From positions 1 to 33,921 of the forward strand of contig DATMZZ010000099.1 in NCBI GenBank assembly GCA_035573175.1: DNA of 33,921 bases. Reading direction: 5' to 3'. Shown piece after piece: positions 17,091 to 27,202 of this stretch (the first letter of the stretch is position 1; each line of letters opens with the position of its first letter). The translations under genes were made by a program, and so were the position numbers. A model generated the notes under the pieces. That model made no database searches and was not told the origin of the DNA. It worked only from the letters and a program-made list of their open reading frames with translations. The stretch comes from Stellaceae bacterium (GTDB lineage Bacteria > Pseudomonadota > Alphaproteobacteria > ATCC43930 > CGMCC-115725).

Positions 17091-18359
17091 TTAGGCGAAC
17101 TTCCGCTTCGCATCCAAGCCGAGGCCCTTCCCGACGGCGCCGAAGACATCGCCGCTGACGATCTCGGCCGCCGGGAAGAGCCGACGTATCAAGGCTTGGA
17201 TGGGGCGCACCATCGAACTGCCGCCGGTCATGAACACGGTATTGATCTGCGCGGCGGGAACGGCGGCATCGGTCACCGTTTGCGCGATGCAATCTTCGAC
17301 CCGGCACACGAGCTCCGTGATCGAGATTTCGAAATTCTTTTGGCTGACCGGGATAGAAAAGTCGTTCTCGATATAGGCGAGATCGAGCAGCGCTTCGTCC
17401 TCGGCGCTCAAGGCAATCTTCGCGTGTTCGATATCGCCGATGAGGCGATGGCCGGATTGATGCTCGAGCACAGACAAGAGCCGCTCCAGGAGTTTCGGCT
17501 TCTTCGATTCCTTTCGCAGCGACCGGATTTCCGAGACGACCTTGTACTCGTAAACCGAATTGACGTTCGACCAGGTCGAAAGATCCATATAGATCCAGAT
17601 CGGCATCGTCAGGCTCTTCGAGCCATACACCGACCCATGCCCGAGCTGCGGCATGACCTGCTTCATCGAAAGCTGCTGGTCGAAATCCGTACCGCCGACC
17701 CGGATGCCGCGACTGGCCAGAATGTCTTTCGTCCGGTCCGCCGCTTTTATCTTGTCCGGCGCGACGCGGACGATCGAGAAATCGGACGTGCCGCCGCCGA
17801 TATCAGCGACGAGAACGACCTGCTCGCGGGCGATGGAGGTTTCGTATTCGAGGGCAGCGGCGATGGGCTCGAACTGGAATTCGATATGTTCGAAACCGAT
17901 TTTCCGCGCCGCTTGCTCCAGATCGCTTTGTGCTTGGCCATCGAGCTCCTTCGAGTCCTCGATGAACTGCACCGGCCGGCCGAGCACGACCTCTCTCATC
18001 TCGTGGCCGATTTGATGCTCGGTCGTGGTTTTGAGGTGGCGCAGATACATGCTGAGGATATCGGAAAGCGTGACCTCACGCTTTTGTATCCGTGTCTTTT
18101 CGTGGAAGAGCGGCCGCCCGATCACGCTCTTCAGCGCACGCATGAAGCGGCCATTCTCGCCCGAGAGATAGTCGGCTATCGCCGCGCGGCCGAAGGCGAC
18201 GCGGCCGCTCGTGGAATTGAAGAAAATCGCGCTCGGGAGCGAACGCTCGGTATGTTCGAGCGTCGCCAGGAAATGCTCGCCCTCAGTCGCGAGGGCGACG
18301 GTAGAGTTCGAGGTTCCGAAATCGATGCCGCAATAATGCGAGGCGTTAGGCATCGCCAT
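17091..18359 (-). CDS. Hsp70-family protein, YegD-like (actin-fold ATPase)
   Basis: ORF 17091..18371(-). YCGIDFGTSNSTVA (phosphate-1 motif), DIGGGTSDFSI and VFMTGGSS. Start is uncertain among GTG 18371, ATG 18359 and ATG 18353. Confidence 0.85.
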   Translation of the reverse strand: MAMPNASHYCGIDFGTSNSTVALATEGEHFLATLEHTERSLPSAIFFNSTSGRVAFGRAAIADYLSGENGRFMRALKSVIGRPLFHEKTRIQKREVTLSDILSMYLRHLKTTTEHQIGHEMREVVLGRPVQFIEDSKELDGQAQSDLEQAARKIGFEHIEFQFEPIAAALEYETSIAREQVVLVADIGGGTSDFSIVRVAPDKIKAADRTKDILASRGIRVGGTDFDQQLSMKQVMPQLGHGSVYGSKSLTMPIWIYMDLSTWSNVNSVYEYKVVSEIRSLRKESKKPKLLERLLSVLEHQSGHRLIGDIEHAKIALSAEDEALLDLAYIENDFSIPVSQKNFEISITELVCRVEDCIAQTVTDAAVPAAQINTVFMTGGSSMVRPIQALIRRLFPAAEIVSGDVFGAVGKGLGLDAKRKFA

Positions 18360-18379
18360 CGAATCCGTCACCTGTACCC

Positions 18380-18477
18380 GTCATTGCGAGGAGCGTAGCG
18401 ACGAAGCAATCCAGAGACCGCATGCGCAGCCACTGGATCGCTTCGCTCCTGAGCCAGTCGAAGGGGCTCGCAATGAT
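18380..18477. repeat. Palindromic intergenic repeat, family 1, copy B (right arm carries an insertion)
   Basis: GTCATTGCGAGGAGCGTAGCGACGAAGCAATCCAGAG...CACTGGATCGCTTCGCTCC...GCTCGCAATGAT. Confidence 0.8.
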
Positions 18478-18485
18478 GATAAAAA

Positions 18486-19595
18486 CTAAACCAGCTTCGC
18501 GAGCTCGGCGAGGACGGCGTTACCCATCTCGGAGGTTGAGACGCGCTTCATGCCCGGCTGCATGATGTCGCCGGTGCGCACGCCCAAGGCGAGGGTGTTG
18601 TTGATCGCCTTCTCGACGAGCTTGGCTTCCTCGTCCATGTCGAAGGAATAGCGCAGCATCATCGCGAAAGAGAGCATGCAGGCGAGCGGATTGGCCGCGT
18701 TCTTGCCGGCGATGTCGGGCGCCGAGCCATGGACCGGCTCGTACAGTGCCTTGCGGCGGCCGCTTGAATCCGGCGCGCCCAATGAGGCCGAGGGCAGCAT
18801 GCCGAGCGAGCCGGTCAGCATCGCGGCACAATCGGACAAGAGATCGCCGAAGAGATTATCGGTCACGATGACGTCGAACTGCTTCGGATTGCGCACGAGC
18901 TGCATCGCGCAATTGTCGGCATACATATGCGAGAGCTCGACATCCTTGTATTCGGTATCGTGCAGCTTCTGCATTTCCTCGCGCCACAGCACGCCCGATT
19001 CCATGACATTGGCCTTCTCGACCGAGCAGACCTTGTTGTTGCGCTTGCGCGCGAGCTCGAAGGCGACGCGGCCGACGCGAATGATCTCGGGCGTCGTATA
19101 GACTTGCGTGTTGACGCCGCGGCGCGTGCCGTCCGGCAAGATGGTGATGCCGCGCGGCTCGCCGAAATAGGTGCCGCCGGTCAGCTCGCGGATGATGAGG
19201 ATGTCGAGGCCCTCGATCACCTCGGGCTTCAACGTCGAGGCGCCGATCAGCGGATCGAACACCAGCGCGGGCCGGAGATTGGCGAAAAGATCCATTTCTT
19301 TGCGCAGGCGCAGCAGGCCGCGCTCGGGCTTTTGCGCGAAAGGCAGATTGTCCCATTGCGGGCCGCCGACCGCGCCGAACAGCACGGCGCCGCTTTCCTG
19401 GGCGAGCTTCATGGTCTCGTCGGTCAGCGGCGTGCCGTGTTTGTCAAAACTGGCGCCGCCGACCAGGCCTTCCTTCACGTCAAAGCTGGCGATGCGCTTC
19501 TTATCGAACCATTCGACCACACGGCCGACTTGAGCCATCACTTCCTGGCCGATGCCGTCGCCCGGCAGCGAGAGGATTTTTCGATTGGCGGCCAT
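18486..19595 (-). CDS. leuB: 3-isopropylmalate dehydrogenase
   Basis: 369 aa: [23 protein letters not shown] and NLFGDLLSD motifs, with leuD directly adjacent. Confidence 0.95.
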   Translation of the reverse strand: MAANRKILSLPGDGIGQEVMAQVGRVVEWFDKKRIASFDVKEGLVGGASFDKHGTPLTDETMKLAQESGAVLFGAVGGPQWDNLPFAQKPERGLLRLRKEMDLFANLRPALVFDPLIGASTLKPEVIEGLDILIIRELTGGTYFGEPRGITILPDGTRRGVNTQVYTTPEIIRVGRVAFELARKRNNKVCSVEKANVMESGVLWREEMQKLHDTEYKDVELSHMYADNCAMQLVRNPKQFDVIVTDNLFGDLLSDCAAMLTGSLGMLPSASLGAPDSSGRRKALYEPVHGSAPDIAGKNAANPLACMLSFAMMLRYSFDMDEEAKLVEKAINNTLALGVRTGDIMQPGMKRVSTSEMGNAVLAELAKLV

Positions 19596-19624
19596 TCACT
19601 TCACTCCGCTTAGAGCCAGGCGGT

Positions 19625-20230
19625 TTAGAGCCAGGGCTGGGTCAGATGCTGCTTCTGTTCGTAAGCGGCGATCTTCGATTCTTTCTTGAGGGTCAGGCCG
19701 ATGTCGTCGAGCCCGTTCAGGAGGCAATCCTTGAGGAACGGATCGATATCGAATTTCACCGTGCCGCCATCCGGCCGCGTGATCGTCTGGCTGGCGAGAT
19801 CGACGGTGAGGCGCGCATTGGCACCCTTCTTCGCATCGTCCATCAGCTCGTTGACGATCGCTTGCGGCAGCTTGATCAGCAGCATGCCGTTCTTGAAGCT
19901 GTTGTTATAGAAAATGTCGGCGAAGGATGAGGCGATGACGCAGCGGATGCCGAAATCCATCAGCGCCCAGGGCGCGTGCTCGCGCGAGGAGCCGCAGCCG
20001 AAATTCTCGCCCGCAACCAGTATCTTCGCCTGGCGATACGCCGGCTGGTTGAGAACGAAATCCGGATTCTCGCTGCCATCGTCGCGATAGCGCAACTCCT
20101 CGAACAAGGCTTTGCCGAGGCCGGTACGCTCGACTGTCTTCAAATGCTGCTTCGGTATGATCTTGTCGGTGTCGACATTGATGATCGGCAGCGGCGCAGC
20201 GACGCCGGTCAGAGTCGTGAATTTATCCAT
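19625..20230 (-). CDS. leuD: 3-isopropylmalate dehydratase small subunit
   Basis: ORF 19625..20317(-). Start at ATG 20230 ([14 protein letters not shown]). [17 protein letters not shown]. Confidence 0.93.
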   Translation of the reverse strand: MDKFTTLTGVAAPLPIINVDTDKIIPKQHLKTVERTGLGKALFEELRYRDDGSENPDFVLNQPAYRQAKILVAGENFGCGSSREHAPWALMDFGIRCVIASSFADIFYNNSFKNGMLLIKLPQAIVNELMDDAKKGANARLTVDLASQTITRPDGGTVKFDIDPFLKDCLLNGLDDIGLTLKKESKIAAYEQKQHLTQPWL

Positions 20231-20328
20231 GGAATGCCTCGCTTTTCGCGGTCGTGGTTTAGGCGAGCAGGGCGAATTTAGCAAGCGGAGCCATTGCGTT
20301 AGGCCCCGTCCGACCACACATAGGAGCG

Positions 20329-20643
20329 ATGAGCGACCGCGGTAACAGCCACCCCGAAGTCGAGATTATCCCGCCGGGAGCGCCCGATCCTGCGCGCCGG
20401 AGCGACCAGCGTGCCAGCAACCGGGAGCGAGCCCGGGTCTGGGCCTGGAGCAGCGATCCGCGCTACACAGGGTTGCGCCACGGCCGGCCGGGGCCGCTCG
20501 GGCTGGTCGCGATCTTCGCCGCACTGGCGGCGCTGGGCGCACTCGGCTTTTTCGTCTTCCTCGGCGCGCTCGCCATCACCCTGCCGCTGATCGGCGCGGT
20601 GGTGCTGGTGGGCATCCTCGGGAGCATCCTGCGCCGGCTCTAA
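20329..20643 (+). CDS. Hypothetical small membrane protein
   Basis: 104 aa with AGGAG just upstream of the ATG. The N-terminus is charged and Pro/Arg-rich. The C-terminus has two hydrophobic helices ([42 protein letters not shown]). Confidence 0.5.
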   Translation: MSDRGNSHPEVEIIPPGAPDPARRSDQRASNRERARVWAWSSDPRYTGLRHGRPGPLGLVAIFAALAALGALGFFVFLGALAITLPLIGAVVLVGILGSILRRL

Positions 20644-20727
20644 CTCTCCTCACCGTCCCGTGATGGCAGCGTTTAGCCAGCCTCGATAGAATAGGGCAAA
20701 AGCCTATACATCGAGGGAGGAGGAAGC

Positions 20728-21381
20728 ATGCGCCTAGGGAAAACGTTGGGCGGGAAAGTATTAGGGCTTGCCGCGATGGCGGCGGCACTAATTGCGACGC
20801 GCGCGATGGCCGCCGATCTGATCGGCGAATGGAAGACGATCCAGATGCCGCCACCGCCAGAGCTGAAGCAGGTCACGGTCGATCCGAAGACCACGGCGCT
20901 CCTGCTGTTCGATTTCATGAAAGAGAATTGCGGCGCGCGGCCGCGCTGCGTCGAGGCGGTGCCGAAGCTGAAGGCGCTCGACGACAAGGCGCGCGCGGCG
21001 AAGATGCTGGTCGCGTACACCTTCCCGAACAATGGCGAGGTCATCGACGAGAGTATCGCGCCAAAAGACAAGAGCGAGGTCGTCGATCAGAAGGCGGGCG
21101 GGCCGGATAAATTCATCGGCAGCGACCTCGACCAGCGGCTCAAAGCGCATGGCATCAAGACGGTGATCCTCTGCGGCACCTCGGCGCAGGGCGTCGGCAT
21201 CGGCACGGGCGCCGGCGCGGTGCAACGCGGTTACGAGGTGATCTATCCAATCGATTGCCTGCCGTCGGAAAGCGCGTTCCGCGAGGCTTATGCCGCTTGG
21301 CATATGGGCGGCGGCGGTCCGCCGGTCACCACGAAGCACGTGACCGCGACGCGCAGCGACATGATCAAATTCGGGCAGTAA
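20728..21381 (+). CDS. Isochorismatase-family (cysteine hydrolase fold) protein with N-terminal signal peptide
   Basis: Strong SD GAGGGAGGAGGAAGC before the ATG. Signal-like N-terminus VLGLAAMAAALIATRAMA-AD, then TALLLFDFM...GSDLDQRLKAHGIKTVILCGTSAQ. Confidence 0.75.
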   Translation: MRLGKTLGGKVLGLAAMAAALIATRAMAADLIGEWKTIQMPPPPELKQVTVDPKTTALLLFDFMKENCGARPRCVEAVPKLKALDDKARAAKMLVAYTFPNNGEVIDESIAPKDKSEVVDQKAGGPDKFIGSDLDQRLKAHGIKTVILCGTSAQGVGIGTGAGAVQRGYEVIYPIDCLPSESAFREAYAAWHMGGGGPPVTTKHVTATRSDMIKFGQ

Positions 21382-21398
21382 CTCGACTATTTATCCTC

Positions 21399-21488
21399 GT
21401 CATTGCGAGGAGTGCGCAGCGCGACGAAGCAATCCAGAGCAGCGCATGTTGCCCTGGATTGCTTCGCGCTTTCAGCGCTCGCAATGAC
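21399..21488. repeat. Palindromic intergenic repeat, family 1, copy C
   Basis: GTCATTGCGAGGAGTGCGCAGCGCGACGAAGCAATCCAGAG...CCCTGGATTGCTTCGCGC...GCTCGCAATGAC. It lies between the convergent stops of the isochorismatase-like gene and leuC. Confidence 0.85.
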
Positions 21489-21500
21489 GATATCTTCTGG

Positions 21501-22907
21501 TTAGCCGAGGTCTCTGACATCCGCCAGTTTGCCAGCGACAGCCGCCGCCGCGGCCATCGCCGGGCTCATCAGATGCGTGCGGCCATTGCGGCCTTGCCGA
21601 CCCTCGAAATTACGATTCGAGGTCGAGGCGCAGCGTTCGCCCGGCTCGAGTTTGTCGGCATTCATCGCAAGGCACATCGAGCACCCCGGCTCGCGCCATT
21701 CGAACCCGGCTTCGATGAAGATCTTGTCGAGACCTTCCTCTTCGGCCTGCTCTTTGACGAGGCCCGAGCCCGGCACGACCAGCGCGTTGACGCCGGCCGC
21801 GACCTTGCGGCCTTTTGCTACCGCCGCCGCCGCGCGCAAATCCTCGATGCGGCCATTGGTGCATGAGCCGATGAAGGCCCGCTGGATCGTCACCTCTTTC
21901 AGCGGCGTGCCCGCTTTGAGGCCCATATATTCGAGCGAGCGCTCCATCGCGGCGCGTTTCAGCTCGTCTTTCACGTCAGCGGGATTCGGCACCGCACCGG
22001 TGATCGGCAGGACATCCTCGGGGCTGGTCCCCCAAGTCACTTGCGGGATGATCTTCGCCGCATCGAGCTTTATCTCGGTGTCGTAGCGCGCGCCCGGATC
22101 GGAGGGCAGCGTCTTCCAGAAAGCGAGCGCCTGCTCCCAGGCCGAGCCCTTCGGCGCCATCGGCCGACCTTTGAGATATTCGTAAGTGATCTCGTCCGGC
22201 GCGACGAGGCCGGCGCGCGCGCCGCCCTCGATCGACATGTTGCAGATCGTCATGCGGCCTTCCATCGACAGCTTGCGGATCGCCGAGCCCGCATATTCGA
22301 TGACATGGCCGGTGCCGCCGGCGGTGCCGATATGGCCGATGATGCCGAGGATCAGATCCTTCGCCGTCACGCCGAAGGGCAGATCGCCATCGATCTGCAC
22401 CAGCATGTTCTTGGCGCGGCGCTGGATCAGAGTTTGCGTCGCGAGGACATGCTCGACCTCGGATGTGCCGATGCCGAAAGCGAGCGCGCCGAAAGCGCCA
22501 TGCGTCGCCGTATGGCTATCGCCGCAGACGATCGTCATGCCGGGCTGGGTCATGCCCTGTTCCGGCCCGATGATGTGGACGATGCCCTGGCGTACATCGT
22601 TCATCCCGAAATAGGGGATGCCGAATTCCTTGACGTTGCGCTCGAGCGTCTCGACCTGGAAGCGCGATTCCGGCTCCTCGATGCCGCGCGAGCGGTCGGT
22701 CGTCGGCACGTTGTGATCGGCGGTAGCGAGCGTCGCCTTCGGGTTGCGCACTTGGCGTCCCGATTCACGCAAGCCGGCGAACGCCTGCGGGCTCGTCACC
22801 TCATGAACGAGATGCCGATCGATATAGAGAAGGCAGGTGCCATCCGGTTGCTGATCGACCAGATGGCTGTCCCAGATCTTATCGAAGAGAGTACGCGGAC
22901 CAGCCAT
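21501..22907 (-). CDS. leuC: 3-isopropylmalate dehydratase large subunit
   Basis: 468 aa: [23 protein letters not shown], and the GSCTNGR and CSMCLAMN Fe-S ligand motifs. Confidence 0.95.
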   Translation of the reverse strand: MAGPRTLFDKIWDSHLVDQQPDGTCLLYIDRHLVHEVTSPQAFAGLRESGRQVRNPKATLATADHNVPTTDRSRGIEEPESRFQVETLERNVKEFGIPYFGMNDVRQGIVHIIGPEQGMTQPGMTIVCGDSHTATHGAFGALAFGIGTSEVEHVLATQTLIQRRAKNMLVQIDGDLPFGVTAKDLILGIIGHIGTAGGTGHVIEYAGSAIRKLSMEGRMTICNMSIEGGARAGLVAPDEITYEYLKGRPMAPKGSAWEQALAFWKTLPSDPGARYDTEIKLDAAKIIPQVTWGTSPEDVLPITGAVPNPADVKDELKRAAMERSLEYMGLKAGTPLKEVTIQRAFIGSCTNGRIEDLRAAAAVAKGRKVAAGVNALVVPGSGLVKEQAEEEGLDKIFIEAGFEWREPGCSMCLAMNADKLEPGERCASTSNRNFEGRQGRNGRTHLMSPAMAAAAAVAGKLADVRDLG

Positions 22908-22910
22908 GGA

Positions 22911-23315
22911 TCACGATGCCTGTTCTTGCGTGCCGCTCTCCGGCACCGCGGTTTTGTCGCGGCCACGCTCGGCGATACGCGCCGACTTGCCGCGGAGTGC
23001 TCGCAGATAATAGAGCTTCGCGCGTCGCACGGCGCCGCGCCGCACGACATTGATCTCGGTGATGCGCGGCGAATAGAGCGGGAAAATACGCTCGACGCCT
23101 TCGCCGTAGGAGATCTTGCGCAGGGTGAAGTTCGAATTCACGCCCGCATTCTTGCGCGCGATGCAGACGCCTTCGAAAGCCTGAATGCGCTCGCGCTCGC
23201 CTTCGACGACTTTCACGCTGACGCGGAGCGTGTCGCCCGGCCGGAACTCCGGCGTCGGCCGCAGGGCAGCCAGCTTCTTGATCTCTTCCTGTTCGAGCGA
23301 TTGCAGCAGGTTCAT
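22911..23315 (-). CDS. rplS: 50S ribosomal protein L19
   Basis: Start at ATG 23315, preceded by [21 protein letters not shown]...[32 protein letters not shown]. Confidence 0.95.
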   Translation of the reverse strand: MNLLQSLEQEEIKKLAALRPTPEFRPGDTLRVSVKVVEGERERIQAFEGVCIARKNAGVNSNFTLRKISYGEGVERIFPLYSPRITEINVVRRGAVRRAKLYYLRALRGKSARIAERGRDKTAVPESGTQEQAS

Positions 23316-23337
23316 CTTTCTCTCCAACCTAAGCGCT

Positions 23338-24036
23338 TCAGTGACGGCTCTCGCGAGCCAAATATTGTTGCCAAAGATCGGGCCGGCGCTCGCGCGTCAC
23401 CCGTTCTGCTTCTGCCATCCGCCAGCGGCGGATGTTTTCGTGATGGCCCGAGAGCAGTACTTCGGGCACGGCGCGGCCCTGCCATTCCTGGGGCCGCGTG
23501 TAATGGGGATATTCGAGAAGACCTTGGCAGAAGCTCTCTTCCTCTAAAGTCGTGGCATCGCCGACAACGCCGTGCAGCAAGCGAATGACCGCATCGAGCA
23601 GCGCGATCGCCGCCGGCTCGCCACCCGAGAGGACGAAATCGCCGAGGCTGAGCTCTTCGATCTGATGCGCCTCGATCACGCGCTGGTCGATGCCTTCGAA
23701 GCGGCCGCAGAGCAGCCGCACGCCCGGCCCTTCGGCCAGCGCAGCAATGCGCGCCTGAGCGAGGCGCGGCCCGCGCGGCGAAAGACAAATCGTTGGACCG
23801 ACCGCCGGCGTCTCATTAAGCGCGCGATCGATCACATCGGGCCGCATCACCATGCCAGGCCCGCCACCGAACGGCGCGTCATCGACCGTGCGATGACGGT
23901 CCTGCGCGAAATTGCGGATATCGACCGTCTCGATCTGCCAGATCTTCTCGGCGAGCGCCTTGCCCGCGAGCGAATGCGCCAGCGGCCCGGGAAACATCTC
24001 GGGGAAGATCGTCAGCACGGTTGCGGTCCAGGGCAT
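23338..24036 (-). CDS. trmD: tRNA (guanine37-N1)-methyltransferase
   Basis: ORF 23338..24111(-). Start at ATG 24036 ([19 protein letters not shown]). [10 protein letters not shown] and [11 protein letters not shown]. Confidence 0.93.
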   Translation of the reverse strand: MPWTATVLTIFPEMFPGPLAHSLAGKALAEKIWQIETVDIRNFAQDRHRTVDDAPFGGGPGMVMRPDVIDRALNETPAVGPTICLSPRGPRLAQARIAALAEGPGVRLLCGRFEGIDQRVIEAHQIEELSLGDFVLSGGEPAAIALLDAVIRLLHGVVGDATTLEEESFCQGLLEYPHYTRPQEWQGRAVPEVLLSGHHENIRRWRMAEAERVTRERRPDLWQQYLARESRH

Positions 24037-24040
24037 GATC

Positions 24041-24697
24041 TCAGCCCTCGTCCGTTTCGTCGGCGTCATCGCCGTCGGCATCGCACCCACCTTCATCGTG
24101 GGAGGGCGCATCGAGCAAGCCGGTCGGCGGCACCACCACGACGCGCTTATTCGCGATATCGACCACCGGCACCGCGGCGTTGGTGAAAGGCACCAGCACC
24201 ATCTTGCCCGCCGGGTCTTCTATCTCGAGGCTGGCGCCGGCGCCGAAATTATTCACCGCCCGGATCGTACCGAAAGGCGCGCCGTCTTCGCGTGTCGCTT
24301 CGAGACCGATGAGATCGGCCTCGTAGAACTCGTCCTCCTCGGGCAGCGGCAGATCGGCGCGACGCACATAGAGGCGTAAGCCTTTCAGCCGCTCAGACGC
24401 GTTGCGATCCTCGACGCCTTTGATGCGCGCCAGAAGAACACCCTTCTGCGCGCCGACGAGCTCGAGGACGAAGCGACGCGCGCCGCTTTCATCCGAAAGC
24501 GGCCCGTAATCGGCGATGGCTTCGGGGTCGCCGGTGAAGCTTTTCACCCGCACCCAGCCTTTGATGCCATGCGCGCCGGTGATGATGCCGAGACAGATGC
24601 GCGCGGAATCCCCCGCGTCCCGGCCTTCCATCACGGAAGGCGCTGGCGACGCTGCGCGATCGCGTTGGCGATCAGCCATGGGGGACAAAGCGAGCAT
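24041..24697 (-). CDS. rimM: Ribosome maturation factor RimM
   Basis: [22 protein letters not shown] plus a PRC-barrel-like C-terminus, in the conserved position between rpsP and trmD. The start is uncertain (24697, 24679 or 24631; none has a clear SD). The tail is acidic. Confidence 0.85.
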   Translation of the reverse strand: MLALSPMADRQRDRAASPAPSVMEGRDAGDSARICLGIITGAHGIKGWVRVKSFTGDPEAIADYGPLSDESGARRFVLELVGAQKGVLLARIKGVEDRNASERLKGLRLYVRRADLPLPEEDEFYEADLIGLEATREDGAPFGTIRAVNNFGAGASLEIEDPAGKMVLVPFTNAAVPVVDIANKRVVVVPPTGLLDAPSHDEGGCDADGDDADETDEG

Positions 24698-24727
24698 CGT
24701 CTTGCATCAACCCTTCTTGCGCAAGCC

Positions 24728-25105
24728 TTAGGCGCTCGGCGCCGCGGCAGCTTCGCCCGAAGCGGCGGCGGCCGCGTCGGCCGCGGCCTTGGCGCGCTCT
24801 TGCGCCTTGGCTTTCGGCGAGGATTTCTTCGGCGTCTCGTTGTAGCTCGGCTTCGGCCGCACGCCGGCATCGCCGAGGAAGCGCGCGACACGATCGCTCG
24901 GCAGCGCACCGGCCTTCAGCCAATGCTCGATCCGTTCGGTCTTCAAGGTCACCCGGTCGGGATGACTCTTATCGAGCATCGGATTGTAGGTGCCGAGCTT
25001 CTCGATGAAGCGGCCATCGCGCGGGCTGCGCGAATCCGCCACGACGATGCTGTAGAACGGACGCTTCTTGGCGCCGCCGCGCGACATGCGAATCTTAAGA
25101 CCCAT
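24728..25105 (-). CDS. rpsP: 30S ribosomal protein S16
   Basis: AAGGAG 5 nt upstream of the [45 protein letters not shown], with an Ala/Lys-rich C-terminal extension. Confidence 0.95.
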   Translation of the reverse strand: MGLKIRMSRGGAKKRPFYSIVVADSRSPRDGRFIEKLGTYNPMLDKSHPDRVTLKTERIEHWLKAGALPSDRVARFLGDAGVRPKPSYNETPKKSSPKAKAQERAKAAADAAAAASGEAAAAPSA

Positions 25106-25114
25106 GAATTCTCC

Positions 25115-25528
25115 TTATCTCGATAATTCGCGTGATTCGGGTTGATGACACACCGCTTCGAGCCGATGCCCGTTGGGATCGATGACGAAGGCGGCGTAAT
25201 AGGAAACGTGATACTGCGGCCTGAGACCCGGCGCGCCATTGTCACGCGCGCCGGCAGCGAGGGCCGCTTTGTGAAACGCATCGACCGCAGCGCGGTCGGG
25301 CGCGCGGAAGCAGATATGGCCATTGAGCGGCGCGCCTTCGGGCTCGGCGCCGATCCAGAACGGCAGCGCCTGCTCGCCCAAGGGATGTTTCTCGGGCAAG
25401 CCATAGCCCGACACATCGTCATGATCGTAACCGCGGCGATAGCCAAGCGGCGCCAGAATCGAGTCATAGAAAGCGCGGCTGCGCGCGAGATCGCGCACGC
25501 CGAGCGAGAGGTGATCGATCACGCTCAT
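25115..25528 (-). CDS. VOC-family (glyoxalase/bleomycin-resistance/dioxygenase fold) protein
   Basis: These are the last 137 codons of track ORF 25115..26998(-): MSVIDHLSLGVRDLARSRAFYDSILAPLGY...HICFRAPD...AAFVIDPNGHRLEAV. The ATG overlaps the ffh stop (ATGA). Confidence 0.8.
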   Translation of the reverse strand: MSVIDHLSLGVRDLARSRAFYDSILAPLGYRRGYDHDDVSGYGLPEKHPLGEQALPFWIGAEPEGAPLNGHICFRAPDRAAVDAFHKAALAAGARDNGAPGLRPQYHVSYYAAFVIDPNGHRLEAVCHQPESRELSR

Positions 25529-26907
25529 CGCCCGAACCCGCCGCCCGGCATGCCGCCCCGCGGCAGCAGCGCCTGCATGCCGTGGCGCGCAAGACCTTTC
25601 TTTCCGAGCTTGTTCATGCGCTTCATCATGTCGGCCATGTCCTGATACTGCTTCAGGAGCCGATTGATCTCGGGCACCGTCGTGCCCGAGCCCGCCGCGA
25701 TGCGGCGCCGGCGCGAGCCGTCGATCAATTTCGGATTGCGCCGCTCTTTCAGCGTCATCGACGAGAGGATCGCCTCCTGACGCTTGATGATCTTCTCGTC
25801 GATATTGGCTTCTTCGAGCTGCTTCTTGATCTTCCCGATGCCGGGCAACATGCCCATGACGCCGCCCATGCCGCCCATCTTGCGGAGCTGCTTGAGCTGA
25901 CTGGCCATATCGTCGAGATCGAAACCACCCTTTTGCAGCTTCTTCGCGAGCTTTTCCGCTTCCTCGCGATCGATGGTCTCGGCGGCTTTCTCGACCAGAC
26001 CGACGACGTCGCCCATGCCGAGAATGCGGCCGGCGATGCGATCGGCGTGGAATGCCTCGATCGCATCGAGTTTTTCGCCGGTGCCGACGAATTTGATCGG
26101 CTTGCCGGTGACCGCGCGCATCGACAGCGCAGCGCCACCGCGCGCATCGCCGTCGATACGGGTCAGGATGATGCCGGTGATGCCGACACGCTCGGCAAAG
26201 GTTTTGCCGACATTCACCGCGTCCTGGCCGGTGAGCGAATCGGCGACGAGCAGCGTCTCGGTCGGCTGCGTCGCATCGCGCACCGCCGCGACTTCCTGCA
26301 TCAGCGCTTCGTCGATATGGAGCCGGCCGGCGGTATCGAGAATGACGACGTCGTAGCCTTCGCGCCGTCCAGTATCGAGCGCACGCTTGGCGATGGCGAC
26401 CGGCCGCTCCAGCGCGACGATCGGCAGCGACGGCACGCCGACTTGCTGCGCCAGCACCGCGAGCTGTTCTTGCGCGGCGGGGCGATTCACGTCGAGCGAT
26501 GCCAGGAGCATCTTGCGGCGCTCGCGATCTTTCAACAGTCGCGCGAGCTTTGCCGAGGTGGTGGTTTTGCCTGAGCCCTGCAGACCGACCATCATCACGA
26601 CGACCGGCGGCACGGCGTTGAGGTTGAGCGCGCCCGATTGATCGGAGCCGAGGCTTTCGACGAGATGGTCGTGAACGATCTTCACCACCATCTGCGCCGG
26701 CGAGACCGAGCGCAGCACGTCCTGTCCGACCGCCTTGGCGCGCACGCCGTCGACGAAAGTCTTCACCACGGGCAGAGCGACATCGGCTTCGAGCAGCGCG
26801 ACGCGAATCTCGCGCATCGCCGAATCGACATCGGCCTCGGTCAGCGCGCCGCGGCGCCGCAGCCGGTCGAAGACGTCGTTGAAGCGGTTGCTCAGACTTT
26901 CGAACAT
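25525..26907 (-). CDS. ffh: Signal recognition particle protein Ffh
   Basis: ORF 25525..26982(-). Start at ATG 26907 (MFESLSNRFNDVFDRLRRRG). GLQGSGKTTT, DTAGR, and a Met-rich M domain. Confidence 0.95.
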   Translation of the reverse strand: MFESLSNRFNDVFDRLRRRGALTEADVDSAMREIRVALLEADVALPVVKTFVDGVRAKAVGQDVLRSVSPAQMVVKIVHDHLVESLGSDQSGALNLNAVPPVVVMMVGLQGSGKTTTSAKLARLLKDRERRKMLLASLDVNRPAAQEQLAVLAQQVGVPSLPIVALERPVAIAKRALDTGRREGYDVVILDTAGRLHIDEALMQEVAAVRDATQPTETLLVADSLTGQDAVNVGKTFAERVGITGIILTRIDGDARGGAALSMRAVTGKPIKFVGTGEKLDAIEAFHADRIAGRILGMGDVVGLVEKAAETIDREEAEKLAKKLQKGGFDLDDMASQLKQLRKMGGMGGVMGMLPGIGKIKKQLEEANIDEKIIKRQEAILSSMTLKERRNPKLIDGSRRRRIAAGSGTTVPEINRLLKQYQDMADMMKRMNKLGKKGLARHGMQALLPRGGMPGGGFGR

Positions 26908-27083
26908 GGCCCCGTTGCCAAGCTTGAATTGTGCAAACCAAAAACAGCCGGTGCGCGACACTCGCGGACCGACCGACCCCAAACCGGGGCAAAGGCACGA
27001 AACGCTTCCTGGGAAGCGGTCGGAAGCTAGGCCGGACAGGGCTTTATGTCAATTGGCCGGATCCCCGGAGAGCCTAGAGGGCT

Positions 27084-27202
27084 CCCCTCACCCCGACCCT
27101 CTCCCCAGTGGGGAGAGGGAGCTTTGCCGACGCGACAACGTCCCCCTCGCCCCATCGGGGAGAGGGAGGGGCCCGTTGCGTTAGGAACGGGAAGGTGAGG
27201 GG
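27084..27202. repeat. Nested palindromic intergenic repeat, family 3 (CCCTCTCCCC-agt-GGGGAGAGGG units enclosed by CCCCTCACC/GGTGAGGGG)
   Basis: Hairpin 27097-27119 is perfect (10 bp). Hairpin 27136-27178 is extended with one mismatch. The outer stem pairs 27084-27092 with 27194-27202. If translated it gives the familiar SPHPDPLPSGERE-type artefact peptides. Confidence 0.8.

Noticed and set aside
16987-17307. Small ORFs translating REP family 1, e.g. 16987..17307(-) with SLRAKRSNP, and 21255..21866(+) with VIARSAQRDEAIQ
   Set aside because: The peptides arise from the palindromic repeat and from antisense of neighbouring genes. This is a known source of false gene calls.
16986-21488. Whether the recurring family-1 repeats could be a CRISPR array
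   Set aside because: The copies are 1.3-3 kb apart and separated by ordinary genes. Each is an extended palindrome about 83-98 bp long and the copies are not identical. No cas genes are present.
25115-26998. 627-aa minus-strand ORF spanning the ffh region
   Set aside because: Only the last 137 codons (25115-25528) look like a real protein (VOC fold). The upstream part is an out-of-frame read-through across ffh with Arg/Ala-rich nonsense sequence. ffh occupies the other frame (25525-26907).
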